Shown here one piece after another: positions 1 through 8,810 of a stretch of DNA of 64,000 nucleotides. The DNA is from Alphaproteobacteria bacterium (GTDB taxonomy: Bacteria > Pseudomonadota > Alphaproteobacteria > Bin95), in NCBI GenBank assembly GCA_963665325.3, contig CAXXWS020000002.1, positions 800,001 to 864,000 of the forward strand, read 5' to 3'. The notes below the pieces were generated by a model. It saw only the letters and a list, made by a program, of their open reading frames with translations. It was not told the DNA's origin and did no database searches. Position numbers and translations under genes: made by a program. Numbering within the stretch: position 1 is the stretch's first letter; the number at the start of each line of letters is the position of its first letter.

Positions 1-404
1 GGCTCGTCGCGGTCTACGATCTCCCGCATCCGCTGTTCCAGTAGCGCAAGGTCGTCGGGCGTGAACGGCTCGGCGCGCGAGAAGTCGTAGTAGAAGCCGT
101 TCTCGATCACCGGGCCGATGGTGATCTGGACCTCCGGATAGAGCTCCTTCGCAGCCTCGGCGAGCGCATGGGCGGCGTCGTGGCGTATGAGGTCGAGGCC
201 GTCGGCATCGGTGCGCGTCACGATCTCGACCGCAGCATCGGCGGTAAACGGTTCCGACAGGTCGCGCAGCGCACCGTCCACCCTGACGGCAACGGCCGCC
301 TTCGCGAGGCTTCTGGAAATGGCCGCCGCAAGGTCGGCGCCGGTGCCGCCATGCGCGAAGGGGCGGACGGAACCGTCGGGCAATGTCAGGGCGATCTCGC
401 TCAT
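1..404 (-). CDS. thrS: Threonine--tRNA ligase, N-terminal part (runs off window; absent from ORF track)
   Basis: Manual translation from ATG at 404: [16 protein letters not shown]...[37 protein letters not shown] (TGS and editing-domain motifs of ThrRS). Confidence 0.95.
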   Translation of the reverse strand, partial: MSEIALTLPDGSVRPFAHGGTGADLAAAISRSLAKAAVAVRVDGALRDLSEPFTADAAVEIVTRTDADGLDLIRHDAAHALAEAAKELYPEVQITIGPVIENGFYYDFSRAEPFTPDDLALLEQRMREIVDRDE

Positions 405-444
405 CGGAGTGGCAAATGTCCCGGAACTCGGAAAGGAGGCCGCA

Positions 445-472
445 ATCTAGAAAGCGCCGCTGCTGCGTCAAG
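445..472 (-). promoter_or_regulatory. Putative sigma70-type promoter of thrS
   Basis: Minus strand CTTGAC-N16-CTAGAT about 40 nt upstream of the thrS ATG; resembles the alphaproteobacterial CTTGAC..CTATAT consensus. Confidence 0.45.
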
Positions 473-507
473 CGAGGAGAAGCGCCCCCATCCGGTCGCC
501 GCGGCTC

Positions 508-1389
508 TTACGGCATGACCTTTACATCCGCGTTGCGCTCGACGGTGCGCAGCAGCTCGGTCACATCAGCCTCGCGGCCCAGATGGGCGAGCGAGGCCTG
601 GTGCAGCTCGCGCACGACATTGGCGACGAACATGGGCGCGGCGCTGTCGGAGCCGAGCTGGGTCGCCAGGCGTACATCCTTGTGCATCAGCGCCAATGCG
701 AAATCGAAGGGCTGCGGGCCCTCTGTCTGCGCGGCCAGCATGGCCTCCGACATGAAGCTTCGGCCCGAGCTCTTGTTCAGCACCTCGACGGCCCTGGCGA
801 AGTCGAGCCCGTTCTTGACCCCCATCGCGACCGCTTCGCAGGCAGCCGCATATGCGGAAGCGGCGGTCACATTGTTCACCAGCTTCATCACATGGCCCGT
901 CCCGACGCCGCCGCAATGGAAGACGTTGGGGCTGATGGCATGCAGCATCGGCAGCACCTCGGCGTAATCGGCATCCTCCGCGCCGACCATGATCGCGATG
1001 GTGCCGGCGTCCGCCCCCTTCTTGCCGCCCGAGACCGGCGCGTCGATCAGCCGGATGCCGCGCTCCGCGAGTTCCGCCGCCATGGCGCGCGTCGCATTCG
1101 GGTCGCCGGTCGTCTGGTCGAGGATGATGTTGCCCGGAGCCATACCCTCGGCAAGCCCGCCCGGCCCGAACACCGCCTGACGCACATTATCCGAGGTCGG
1201 CAGGCAGGTCAGCACGGTTCCGCACTCCGCGCCGAGTGCTGCGGCAGACTGGACCGGCGTGCAATTGTTGTCTGCCAGCGCCTGCATCGCCTCGGGGCGC
1301 AGGTCGAAGACGCGCAGCGGATGGGTGAGGGCGAGGCGGCGGGCCAGCGCGCCTCCCATGTTGCCGAGGCCGACATAGCCGATGCTCAT
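508..1389 (-). CDS. NAD(P)-dependent beta-hydroxyacid dehydrogenase (3-hydroxyisobutyrate dehydrogenase family)
   Basis: GYVGLGNMG Rossmann motif, DAPVSGG, catalytic MKLVNN, MHKDVRL. Confidence 0.9.
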   Translation of the reverse strand: MSIGYVGLGNMGGALARRLALTHPLRVFDLRPEAMQALADNNCTPVQSAAALGAECGTVLTCLPTSDNVRQAVFGPGGLAEGMAPGNIILDQTTGDPNATRAMAAELAERGIRLIDAPVSGGKKGADAGTIAIMVGAEDADYAEVLPMLHAISPNVFHCGGVGTGHVMKLVNNVTAASAYAAACEAVAMGVKNGLDFARAVEVLNKSSGRSFMSEAMLAAQTEGPQPFDFALALMHKDVRLATQLGSDSAAPMFVANVVRELHQASLAHLGREADVTELLRTVERNADVKVMP

Positions 1390-1488
1390 GGGGACGGTTC
1401 CTTCGTTTCCGATTTTCAGGCTATCCTATGCAGAATTCGCGCGCCGGAAAGCAGGATGGCCCCAAGGGGTGTCCGAGGAGTTCAGTCT

Positions 1489-2259
1489 ATGCCCGATTCC
1501 CATGCTGCCGACTATTCGATGCAGGACCGCGTAAGCCCCGAGGAATGGGCCATTCGCGTCGATCTCGCCGCGCTCTACCGCCTCTGCGCCCGGCACGGCA
1601 TGACCGACCTCACCTACACGCACCTCTCCGCGCGGGTGCCGGGCGACGAGGATGCGTTCCTCCTCAACCCCTGGGGCCTGCTGTTTGAGCAGGTGACAGC
1701 CTCGAACCTGGTCAAGGTCGACACGGAAGGCAATCTGCTGGGCGAGAACCGCTACGGGGTCAATGCCGCCGGTTTCACCATCCACTCTGCGGTCCACATG
1801 GCGCGGCACGATCTGATTTGCGTCGCGCATACCCACACCCGCACGGGCATTGCGATCTCGGCGCTGCCGCAGGGCCTCCGGCCGGTGAACCAGAAGGCGA
1901 TGCAGTTCCACGGGCGCCTCGCCTACCACGACTATGAGGGCATCGCCTTCGACCTCGGAGAGCGCGAGCGGCTGATCGCGGATCTGGGCGACGCGGATGC
2001 GATGGTGCTGAGGAACCATGGGTTTCTTGTCGGCGGACGCAGCATTCGCGAAGCCTGGGCGCGGCTCTACGACCTCGAAAAGGCTGCAAAGACGCAGATG
2101 CTCGCCGAGGCCTCCGGCGCGCCGCTCGCCACGCTCTCGGATGCATTCCTCGACGAGCAGAAGAACCGGCCGCGGCTGAACCGCAGCTACAATCCCTATG
2201 ACGGTTGGGAATCGCAGCTTCGCCTGCTGGACCGGGCCGACACCTCCTACCGGCACTGA
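1489..2259 (+). CDS. Class II aldolase/adducin family protein (paralog 1)
   Basis: GAGGAG SD before ATG 1489; RVDLAALYR, THLSARVP, IHSAVH, HTHT, LRNHG motifs. Confidence 0.9.
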   Translation: MPDSHAADYSMQDRVSPEEWAIRVDLAALYRLCARHGMTDLTYTHLSARVPGDEDAFLLNPWGLLFEQVTASNLVKVDTEGNLLGENRYGVNAAGFTIHSAVHMARHDLICVAHTHTRTGIAISALPQGLRPVNQKAMQFHGRLAYHDYEGIAFDLGERERLIADLGDADAMVLRNHGFLVGGRSIREAWARLYDLEKAAKTQMLAEASGAPLATLSDAFLDEQKNRPRLNRSYNPYDGWESQLRLLDRADTSYRH

Positions 2260-2278
2260 AACGGGAGCGCGTAGTCTC

Positions 2279-3046
2279 ATGCCCGACATCCGTTCCCGCG
2301 TCTCCGAGGCCGAATGGCAGGCGCGCACCGACCTGGCGGCCGTCTTCCGGCTGGCGGCGAAGCACGACCTTTCCGACTTGGCACTCACCCATTTCGCGGC
2401 GCGGGTGCCGGACGAACCCGACAGCTTCCTCCTCAACCCCTACGGGCTGATGTTCGAGGAGATGACCGCCTCCTCGCTGGTCAAGACAGACCGCGACGGC
2501 GGCGATCCGCTGGACACGGGCAGTCCGCTGAACGCGGTCGGGATCATGCTGCATTCCGCCGTGCTCGATGCTCGGTCGGACGTGGCCTGCACCGTGCATA
2601 CGCACACCGTGCCCGGCATGGCGATTTCTTCCCTGGACACCGAACTGCTGCCGGCTTCGCAGACCGCGCTGATCTTCCACGGGCGCGTCGGCTACCACGA
2701 CTGGGAGACCGACGAGACGGAGCTGGACGAGCGCGAGCGGCTCGCGCGCGATATCGGCTCCAACGGGCGGGCATTGATCCTGAAGAATCACGGCCTGTTG
2801 GCCGCCGGCCCCTCGATCCCGACAACCTGGATGCTGCTCCACGCTCTGGAACGGGCCTGCGCCTCGCAGCTGGACGCGATGGCGGCGACCCGCGCCGCCG
2901 GCGCCGGGCTCGAAATGCCGCGGGCGGAGGTTTGCGAGAGCACCGCCAGGCAGTTCGACGAGTTCCTGGCCCGGCCCAGCCGGGACGACGACTGGCCGGC
3001 CTATCTGGAACTGCTCGACCGGGAAGACCCGAGCTACAGGGAATAA
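2279..3046 (+). CDS. Class II aldolase/adducin family protein (paralog 2)
   Basis: RTDLAAVFR, THFAARVP, LHSAVL, HTHT, LKNHG motifs. Confidence 0.9.
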   Translation: MPDIRSRVSEAEWQARTDLAAVFRLAAKHDLSDLALTHFAARVPDEPDSFLLNPYGLMFEEMTASSLVKTDRDGGDPLDTGSPLNAVGIMLHSAVLDARSDVACTVHTHTVPGMAISSLDTELLPASQTALIFHGRVGYHDWETDETELDERERLARDIGSNGRALILKNHGLLAAGPSIPTTWMLLHALERACASQLDAMAATRAAGAGLEMPRAEVCESTARQFDEFLARPSRDDDWPAYLELLDREDPSYRE

Positions 3047-3101
3047 GCCGCCGAACGCCACCTAGCAGGGGAGAGCAGCCGCAAGGCTGCGCCGTCAAGC
3101 C

Positions 3102-3944
3102 ATGAACATGACCGAATCGAAAGTCGCGATGGACTATGCCCGCGACGGTTTCGTCTTTCCGCTCGATATCGTGACGCAGGCGGAAGCCGCGGAACTGCGC
3201 GCCGACCTGGAGAAGGGTGAGGCCGAGCTGGCCGATGACCGCAAGCGCCTCGGCCTGCTGCGCGGGTTCCCGGCGCGGTTCCTGCCGTCCTTCGACCGCC
3301 TCGTGCGCCATCCGAAGATGGTGGAAGCGGCTAAGGCGGTGCTCGGGCCGGATGTCATGGTCTGGGGCTCCGGGCTGTTCATCAAGGAGGCGAACACGCC
3401 GAGCTTCGTTTCCTGGCACCAGGACCTGACCTATTGGGGCCTCGACAAGGCCGAGGAGACGACCCTCTGGGTCGCGCTCTCGCCGACGACGCAGGAGAGC
3501 GGCTGCATGCGCTTCATCCCCGGCAGCCACCGGGAGCGCATCGTGCCGCATGCCGACAGCTTCGCCGCCGACAACCTGCTGACGCGCGGCCAGGAAATTC
3601 AGGTCGAGGTGGACGAAGAGGCCGCCGTCGATGTGGTGTTGAAGCCGGGCCAGGCCTCGCTGCACCATGGCCACCTGTTCCACGCCTCTGGCCCCAACCG
3701 CACGGGCGACCGGCGCATCGGGGCCGCCATCCGCTACATCGCGCCCTCCATGAGTGCGCGCTCCGGTCCGGAAACCGAGGTCGCGCTGGTGGCGGGCGAG
3801 GATCGCTTCGGGCACTTCGCCATCGTGCCCCCGCCGGCCCGTCGGATGGACGAAGCGGACTTCGAGACGGTCGCGGCCGATGCCGAACGGCGCGAGCAGA
3901 TCCTGTTCGACGGCACGGGCGGCCGCCGGCGCAAGCCGCGATAG
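3102..3944 (+). CDS. Phytanoyl-CoA dioxygenase (PhyH) family Fe(II)/2-oxoglutarate dioxygenase
   Basis: SWHQD (HxD), GCMRFIPGSH, LFHASGPN (distal His), DRRIG (2OG-binding Arg). Confidence 0.9.
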   Translation: MNMTESKVAMDYARDGFVFPLDIVTQAEAAELRADLEKGEAELADDRKRLGLLRGFPARFLPSFDRLVRHPKMVEAAKAVLGPDVMVWGSGLFIKEANTPSFVSWHQDLTYWGLDKAEETTLWVALSPTTQESGCMRFIPGSHRERIVPHADSFAADNLLTRGQEIQVEVDEEAAVDVVLKPGQASLHHGHLFHASGPNRTGDRRIGAAIRYIAPSMSARSGPETEVALVAGEDRFGHFAIVPPPARRMDEADFETVAADAERREQILFDGTGGRRRKPR

Positions 3945-4000
3945 CGGCGGCGGGACGCCCGGCCTCTCGATGTCGCCCGCGTAACGGGAGGGGAGTCGCG

Positions 4001-4912
4001 GTGACGGGCGCCGACTTGCCGAAGGCGCAGCCCGCGTTGACCTTCGCCGGATGCCGGTCTGCAACCCTTGAGGATATTCGCGCCGGTCTCGTGGTCTTCA
4101 GCGGGGTCGGCGGGGAACAGGCAAGCGCCAGCGGCGTCGCCGCGCGCCCATACGGATCGGCGGCATCGTCGGTGCGCGCGGCATCGAACGGCCTGCTGCG
4201 CCCCTATCGGGAGTCGCCCTCCGGCGTTGCGGTCGATCTCGACACGGGCCGGCGTTCAAGGTTGCGCGCCCCCGGTTCCTGCATCGATCTCGGCGATCTC
4301 GTGTCGTCCGGGGACCGGAACGACGCCTGCGCAACCCTCAGCGGCCGAATTGCCGAGGCGGGAGCGCGGCCTCTGTTCGTCGGCGGAGGCGATGAAGCAG
4401 CCCGAGGGTTGGCCGCCGGCATTTGCGGCGCACATTCGATGGTCGGTGCAATCGAAATCGGCGACCGCTGCCTCGCCGGACGCCTGGGCATTGCCGGACC
4501 GGTTCTTTCCCTCGGCGTCAGCGGGTTTCAGGACGTCGGGGTCTGGCGCCGGCAAATCGCGAACGGCGGCAGGATCGTGACGGCCGAACAGCTGCACGAC
4601 AACGGCCTCAATGCAGCGCGGGAGGGTTTGTCGGACTATGGCGGCGGCGATGCCGGACCTGTTTGCATCCTCGACTGCCGGGCGGTCGATATCGGCTACG
4701 CTGCCGGATGCGACAGCTTCACGGTCGGCGGCCTGACCCCGGAGCAGTTCGTTTCCCTGGCCGAACTGGCGGGCGCCTCGTCGCCACCCTCCGCAGCAGC
4801 GGTCATCCACCTCGATCCGGCCCGGGACCCGCGCGGCCACATGGAAAGCCTGGTCGCGGAGGCACTCCTTGCCCTCTTCCGGGATGCGCTCTTCCAGGAA
4901 ATCGAACCGTGA
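4001..4912 (+). CDS. Ureohydrolase (arginase/agmatinase)-fold protein A, metal ligands degenerate
   Basis: GTG start after GGGAG; TFAG, DLGD, FVGGGDE, ILDCRAVD, GGLTPEQ, HLDPARD follow the family motif order, but GGDH, DAHxD and DxD are absent; start codon inferred. Confidence 0.7.
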   Translation: MTGADLPKAQPALTFAGCRSATLEDIRAGLVVFSGVGGEQASASGVAARPYGSAASSVRAASNGLLRPYRESPSGVAVDLDTGRRSRLRAPGSCIDLGDLVSSGDRNDACATLSGRIAEAGARPLFVGGGDEAARGLAAGICGAHSMVGAIEIGDRCLAGRLGIAGPVLSLGVSGFQDVGVWRRQIANGGRIVTAEQLHDNGLNAAREGLSDYGGGDAGPVCILDCRAVDIGYAAGCDSFTVGGLTPEQFVSLAELAGASSPPSAAAVIHLDPARDPRGHMESLVAEALLALFRDALFQEIEP

Positions 4913-5826
4913 CGGTTGAAGCAGGGCGCGCGCCGGTCCCGGAGTCACTCTCCGGGGTGCCGACATTCTTCAATGCGCCGGTCGCCGATCTCGAAGATGT
5001 CGGACCCGGAGACGTGGCGGTCGTCGGCATCTACTGCGACCACTATGCCGAAGGCGAACCGGGCGCCCGTTTCCTTCCGCGGCAATTCCGCTATGCCTGC
5101 GCCCTCGACGGACGCGAGCCGCCGTCGGGCGTCTTCGATCTGGGCGATTTGAGCGTCTTTCCCCTCGAACCGGAGCGGTGCATGGAGGTCCTCTCGGATC
5201 AGGCCCTGCGGCTGACCGGAACGGGCGCGCACATGCTCGCAATCGGCGGGGATTACGGGCTGACGCCGGCGCTGCTGGCCGGTCTGCGTGCGGCGCGGCC
5301 TTCCGGGACGCTGGGCGTATTGCGCATCTCCGGTTCGGCCGACTTGGCCCCGAGCGGCACATCGGTTCTCGCGCGCACCGCCGCCAGCACCCGGATCCGG
5401 GCGATGGGAGGGGGCTTAGACGTTGCATTCGCCTGGCTGTCCGGCCCGGTGCCCGAGGCCGAAGCGGGCGCGCTCGCGGAAACGATATTCATCCCCGCGC
5501 GCGGCTGCCTCGGCGAAACGCCCGCCGGGATCGCGCCGCTTCGCGCCTGGGCCGAGAGCCAAGACCGCATCTATCTCAGTGTGGACGCCGATGTCCTGTC
5601 GCCCGCCTGCGCACGGACGGCGAGGGCCCGGCGACAAGGAGGCCTGTCTCATGGAGACGTGCTGAGGCTTCTCGATGCGCTCGGCCCACTGCATCCGGTC
5701 GGTGCTGAGTTCACCGGCCTTGTGCCGGACCTGGATGTTGCGGGACGCGGGCGCAGGACCATGTGCCTGGATTTGGTCGAGGCGCTGCTTTCCGGGGTGA
5801 TTGCGGGGCGCGACTCATGCCGCTGA
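4909..5826 (+). CDS. Ureohydrolase-fold protein B, metal ligands partly lost
   Basis: GVPTFF, GARFLPRQFR, DLGD, IGGDYG (H->Y), ISGSADL in place of DAHxD, LSVDADVL retained, GGLS; GTGA overlap with previous gene. Confidence 0.8.
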   Translation: MTVEAGRAPVPESLSGVPTFFNAPVADLEDVGPGDVAVVGIYCDHYAEGEPGARFLPRQFRYACALDGREPPSGVFDLGDLSVFPLEPERCMEVLSDQALRLTGTGAHMLAIGGDYGLTPALLAGLRAARPSGTLGVLRISGSADLAPSGTSVLARTAASTRIRAMGGGLDVAFAWLSGPVPEAEAGALAETIFIPARGCLGETPAGIAPLRAWAESQDRIYLSVDADVLSPACARTARARRQGGLSHGDVLRLLDALGPLHPVGAEFTGLVPDLDVAGRGRRTMCLDLVEALLSGVIAGRDSCR

Positions 5827-6752
5827 GGACGGCACCCCTGCCGCGCATGGCCGGACACCTCACCTTCATGCGTGTCGAGCATGCGGCGGCCGATGCGCTG
5901 GCGACCGGCAGTATCGGCCTCGTCGGCATTCCGCGCGAAGACACCGATACGCGCACAACCGGCGCCCGGTTCGGCCCGAATGCGATTCGCGAGACCTCCG
6001 TCTATTTCGGCTGGCATGCCAACCCGCAGTTCAGCCGTCCGATCGCTATCGGTGACCGCATGGCGATTGACACATCGTCGATACAGGCATGCCTCTTCGA
6101 TCTCGGGGACATCCCCGTAGGCGGGCTGACCGCGGAAGCCGGCGACGACCTCATCCGCGCAACGCTCGGACAAATTGCCCGTTCCGGAGCGTCCGCACTC
6201 GTTCTCGGCGGGGACAGCGGCATCGTGGTGCCGGCGCTGGAGGGCGTTGCCATGGAAACGCCGGCTGCCCGGGTCCAGATCGGAGGGTTCGCAAGCATGG
6301 CGGGGAGTGGCGGCCCTGCGCTCCATTTCGCTCCGCGCAGGATTGCTCCCGCCAAGGTAGCGCCGGATCGCGGCGCATCCCGCCCGACGATCGTGAGCGC
6401 CCGGCAACTGGCCGGCCTCGACGACGGCGCGATAAGCCGAATGGCGGAGCGCGCCGCCGGCGGACGTCCCCTGGCGGTGCATCTCGATCTCTCGGCGCTC
6501 AATTCCTGCTGGCACGGAGCCTCCGACATGCCGCGCTTCGACGGTCTGGCCCTGTCCAGGCTCAGGCGGGTGCTGACCGGGCTGGGCCGCCTTCCCGTTG
6601 CGATGCTCGTCGTGACGGGCCTGAACCCGACGCTCAGCGGCCTCGCAACGGTCAAGACCGGTCAGCGCCTGCTGGTGACCGCGCTGCTCGATTACATCTG
6701 CGCACGTCTGGGCGCGCCGGAGGACCGCAACCGCGAAGGGCGGACGGCATGA
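5817..6752 (+). CDS. Ureohydrolase-fold protein C, metal ligands degenerate
   Basis: GHLTFMR, GARFGPNAIRETS, DLGD, LGGDSG (H->S), VQIGG in place of DAHxD, VHLDLSAL in place of DxD. Confidence 0.8.
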   Translation: MPLRTAPLPRMAGHLTFMRVEHAAADALATGSIGLVGIPREDTDTRTTGARFGPNAIRETSVYFGWHANPQFSRPIAIGDRMAIDTSSIQACLFDLGDIPVGGLTAEAGDDLIRATLGQIARSGASALVLGGDSGIVVPALEGVAMETPAARVQIGGFASMAGSGGPALHFAPRRIAPAKVAPDRGASRPTIVSARQLAGLDDGAISRMAERAAGGRPLAVHLDLSALNSCWHGASDMPRFDGLALSRLRRVLTGLGRLPVAMLVVTGLNPTLSGLATVKTGQRLLVTALLDYICARLGAPEDRNREGRTA

Positions 6753-7750
6753 CGGTCCTGTCGTTCCAGCTGGCGGAACCGACGCTCTTCGATGTCGGGC
6801 GCTGCGATGCCGACCGGATCGAACCGGGGGAGGTCGGCGTCGTCGGCATGCCGTCGGACTGGACGCACGGGAGTCGAATCGGCACGCGCTTCGGGCCTTA
6901 TGCCGCACGCCGGGCCACAACCGGGCTCATGCGCTGGAGAGCGGCTAAATGCGCGGGCGGCGATCTGGTGGATCCCGTCGCTGGAACCCTTTGGCGGGGT
7001 CGGGACCGTCCTGCGATCCGGGATCTCGGAGACGCTCCCATCGATGCTCAGTCGGTGCAGGCCACGACCGCTTCGATTGCCGCGCTCACCCGGGCCGTTC
7101 GCGCCCGCGGCGGCGTCCCCCTTGCGGTCGGGGGCGACCACTACAACAGTTTCCCCGCCTGCCTCGGCTATGCGCGCGGCCTTGCCGAGCGCCATCCCTC
7201 CCGCCGCTTCGGGTATGTCCAGATCGACGGCCATCTGGACTTTTCCGACCGGCTCGGGGCCTGGGGCACGCACAATCATGCGACCAACGCCCGGCGCATA
7301 TCCGAGATCGGGAACATCGTGCCGCAGAACATGGTGTGGATCGGTATCGAGGGTTGGGTCGATGGTGGCGACCTCGCGCTGATCGACGAGATGGGCGGCC
7401 TGGTGCTCTCCGCCGCGGATGTCCACCGCCTCGGACCCGACGAAACCGTGGCGCGCGCTCTGGCCCATGCAACCCGCGGGTGCGAGAGCCTCTATCTGTC
7501 CATAGATATCGACGCGATGGACGCGGGCTTCCTTCCCGGAACCGGATCGATCGTCCATAGCGGCATTACGCCGAGGCAATATTGCCGCATGTTGGCCGCA
7601 CTCGCCTTCGCTCCGGTCGACGGGCTGGATATCGTTGAGCTCTCTCCGCCGCTCGACCCGTCCGGCCGCAGCGAGCGCATCGTGGCGCAGATGCTGGAGC
7701 ATGTGCTCCGTCCCTATCTCTACGAACGAGTCGAGGGGCGTCTTGCATGA
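6749..7750 (+). CDS. Ureohydrolase (agmatinase/guanidino-hydrolase family) D, catalytically intact
   Basis: GTRFGP, GGDHY, IDGHLDF, NHAT, LSIDIDAMD, PGTG, DIVELSPPLD give the full binuclear metal-site signature; ATGA overlap. Confidence 0.9.
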   Translation: MTVLSFQLAEPTLFDVGRCDADRIEPGEVGVVGMPSDWTHGSRIGTRFGPYAARRATTGLMRWRAAKCAGGDLVDPVAGTLWRGRDRPAIRDLGDAPIDAQSVQATTASIAALTRAVRARGGVPLAVGGDHYNSFPACLGYARGLAERHPSRRFGYVQIDGHLDFSDRLGAWGTHNHATNARRISEIGNIVPQNMVWIGIEGWVDGGDLALIDEMGGLVLSAADVHRLGPDETVARALAHATRGCESLYLSIDIDAMDAGFLPGTGSIVHSGITPRQYCRMLAALAFAPVDGLDIVELSPPLDPSGRSERIVAQMLEHVLRPYLYERVEGRLA

Positions 7751-7814
7751 TCCGGCGCAAGACGTCTCCCGCTTACACCCGGCTGCCCGACAATTTGCAC
7801 TGAGGAGCGCGACC

Positions 7815-8798
7815 ATGCGTATCGCCATCGAAGACGCCCACGTCCTGCTGACCGGCGTGATGGCGAAGCTCGGCTACGAGGCGGGCGACATCCCCGCCAT
7901 CGTGGACCATCTGATCGACAGCGAGCTTCGCGGGCTCTCATATGGCGGCCTGGCGCGGGCGGTGTCGATTACCGAGCGCATCGGGCGCACCGGGATGCCC
8001 TCCCGGCCCATGACGGTCACGCACGAGACGCCGGTTTCGGCCCGGATCGACGGCTCGGACCATCTCGGCTACCTCGTCGGCCAGCGCGCGACCGACATGG
8101 CCATCGGGAAGGCCAGTGCGATGGGCCTCTCGGCCGTCGGCGCGATCGATACCTGGTACACGGGCATGCTCAGCTACTTCGCCGAGCAGGCGGCGGCCCG
8201 CGACCTCGTGACGATGATCGCTTCCAACGCTTCGCCCTGGGTGGCGCCACACGGGGCTGTAGAGGGTCGATTCGGCACCAACCCGATGTGTTTCGGCTTT
8301 CCTTCGACTGGCCACCCCATCGTCTGGGATATAGGCACCAGCAACATCATGCATGCCGAGGTGCTGCTCGCCCGCCGTCAGGGCGTTCGGTTGCCGGAAG
8401 GCCGCGCCTTCGGTCCCGACGGCCGGCCGACCACCGATCCCGACGCGGCGCTGGCAGGCGCGTTCACGAGCTGGGGCGGGCACAAGGGCTCCGGCCTCGG
8501 CCTGGTCGTGCAGATGCTGGGGGTGCTGGCCGGCTCCGATGGCATGACTCCCGACCTTGCCGGGTTCGGCATGGTCATCGTCGCCATCCGCCCCGATATT
8601 TTCGGCGACACGGACGGATTCAAGCAGCGCATCGCTGACTATGCGGAGGCGGTGCGGACGGCGAAGCCCGCCGATCCGGCAAAGCCCGTCCGAATGCCCT
8701 TCGACCGCTCATGGGCCGTGCGCGAGGCCGCGAGGGCCTCGGGCGCCTTCGAGGCGGACGAAGCCATCGTCGAGCAGCTGCGGGCGTTCGTCGGCTAG
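7815..8798 (+). CDS. Ldh_2 family (AllD/DpkA/ComC-like) NAD(P)-dependent oxidoreductase
   Basis: GAGGAG SD; FGTNPMCFGFP, WDIGTS, PTTDP, GGHKGSGL, VRMP motifs. Confidence 0.88.
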   Translation: MRIAIEDAHVLLTGVMAKLGYEAGDIPAIVDHLIDSELRGLSYGGLARAVSITERIGRTGMPSRPMTVTHETPVSARIDGSDHLGYLVGQRATDMAIGKASAMGLSAVGAIDTWYTGMLSYFAEQAAARDLVTMIASNASPWVAPHGAVEGRFGTNPMCFGFPSTGHPIVWDIGTSNIMHAEVLLARRQGVRLPEGRAFGPDGRPTTDPDAALAGAFTSWGGHKGSGLGLVVQMLGVLAGSDGMTPDLAGFGMVIVAIRPDIFGDTDGFKQRIADYAEAVRTAKPADPAKPVRMPFDRSWAVREAARASGAFEADEAIVEQLRAFVG

Positions 8799-8810
8799 GA
8801 GCGCCTGAAG

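Noticed and set aside
583-1488. Long N-terminal extensions given by the ORF track (e.g. 583-2259, 3434-4912, 6089-7750, 39549-41552, 62003-63919)
   Set aside because: Extensions overlap other real genes; family homology and SD or overlap positions support the later starts used here, so these are not fusion proteins.
3102-3944. PhyH-like protein as a non-heme iron halogenase
   Set aside because: It retains the HxD carboxylate (HQD); halogenases have Ala or Gly at this position.
3945-4000. Possible guanidine-II (mini-ykkC) riboswitch upstream of the ureohydrolase array
   Set aside because: Only one weak CGGG-ACG-CCCG hairpin; the required pair of ACGR-tetraloop hairpins is not present. An Infernal scan would settle it.
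4001-6752. Ureohydrolase A-C as pseudogenes
   Set aside because: All three are uninterrupted, full length and joined by start/stop overlaps, unlike the clearly decayed Uma2 gene in the same window; dN/dS is still needed for proof.
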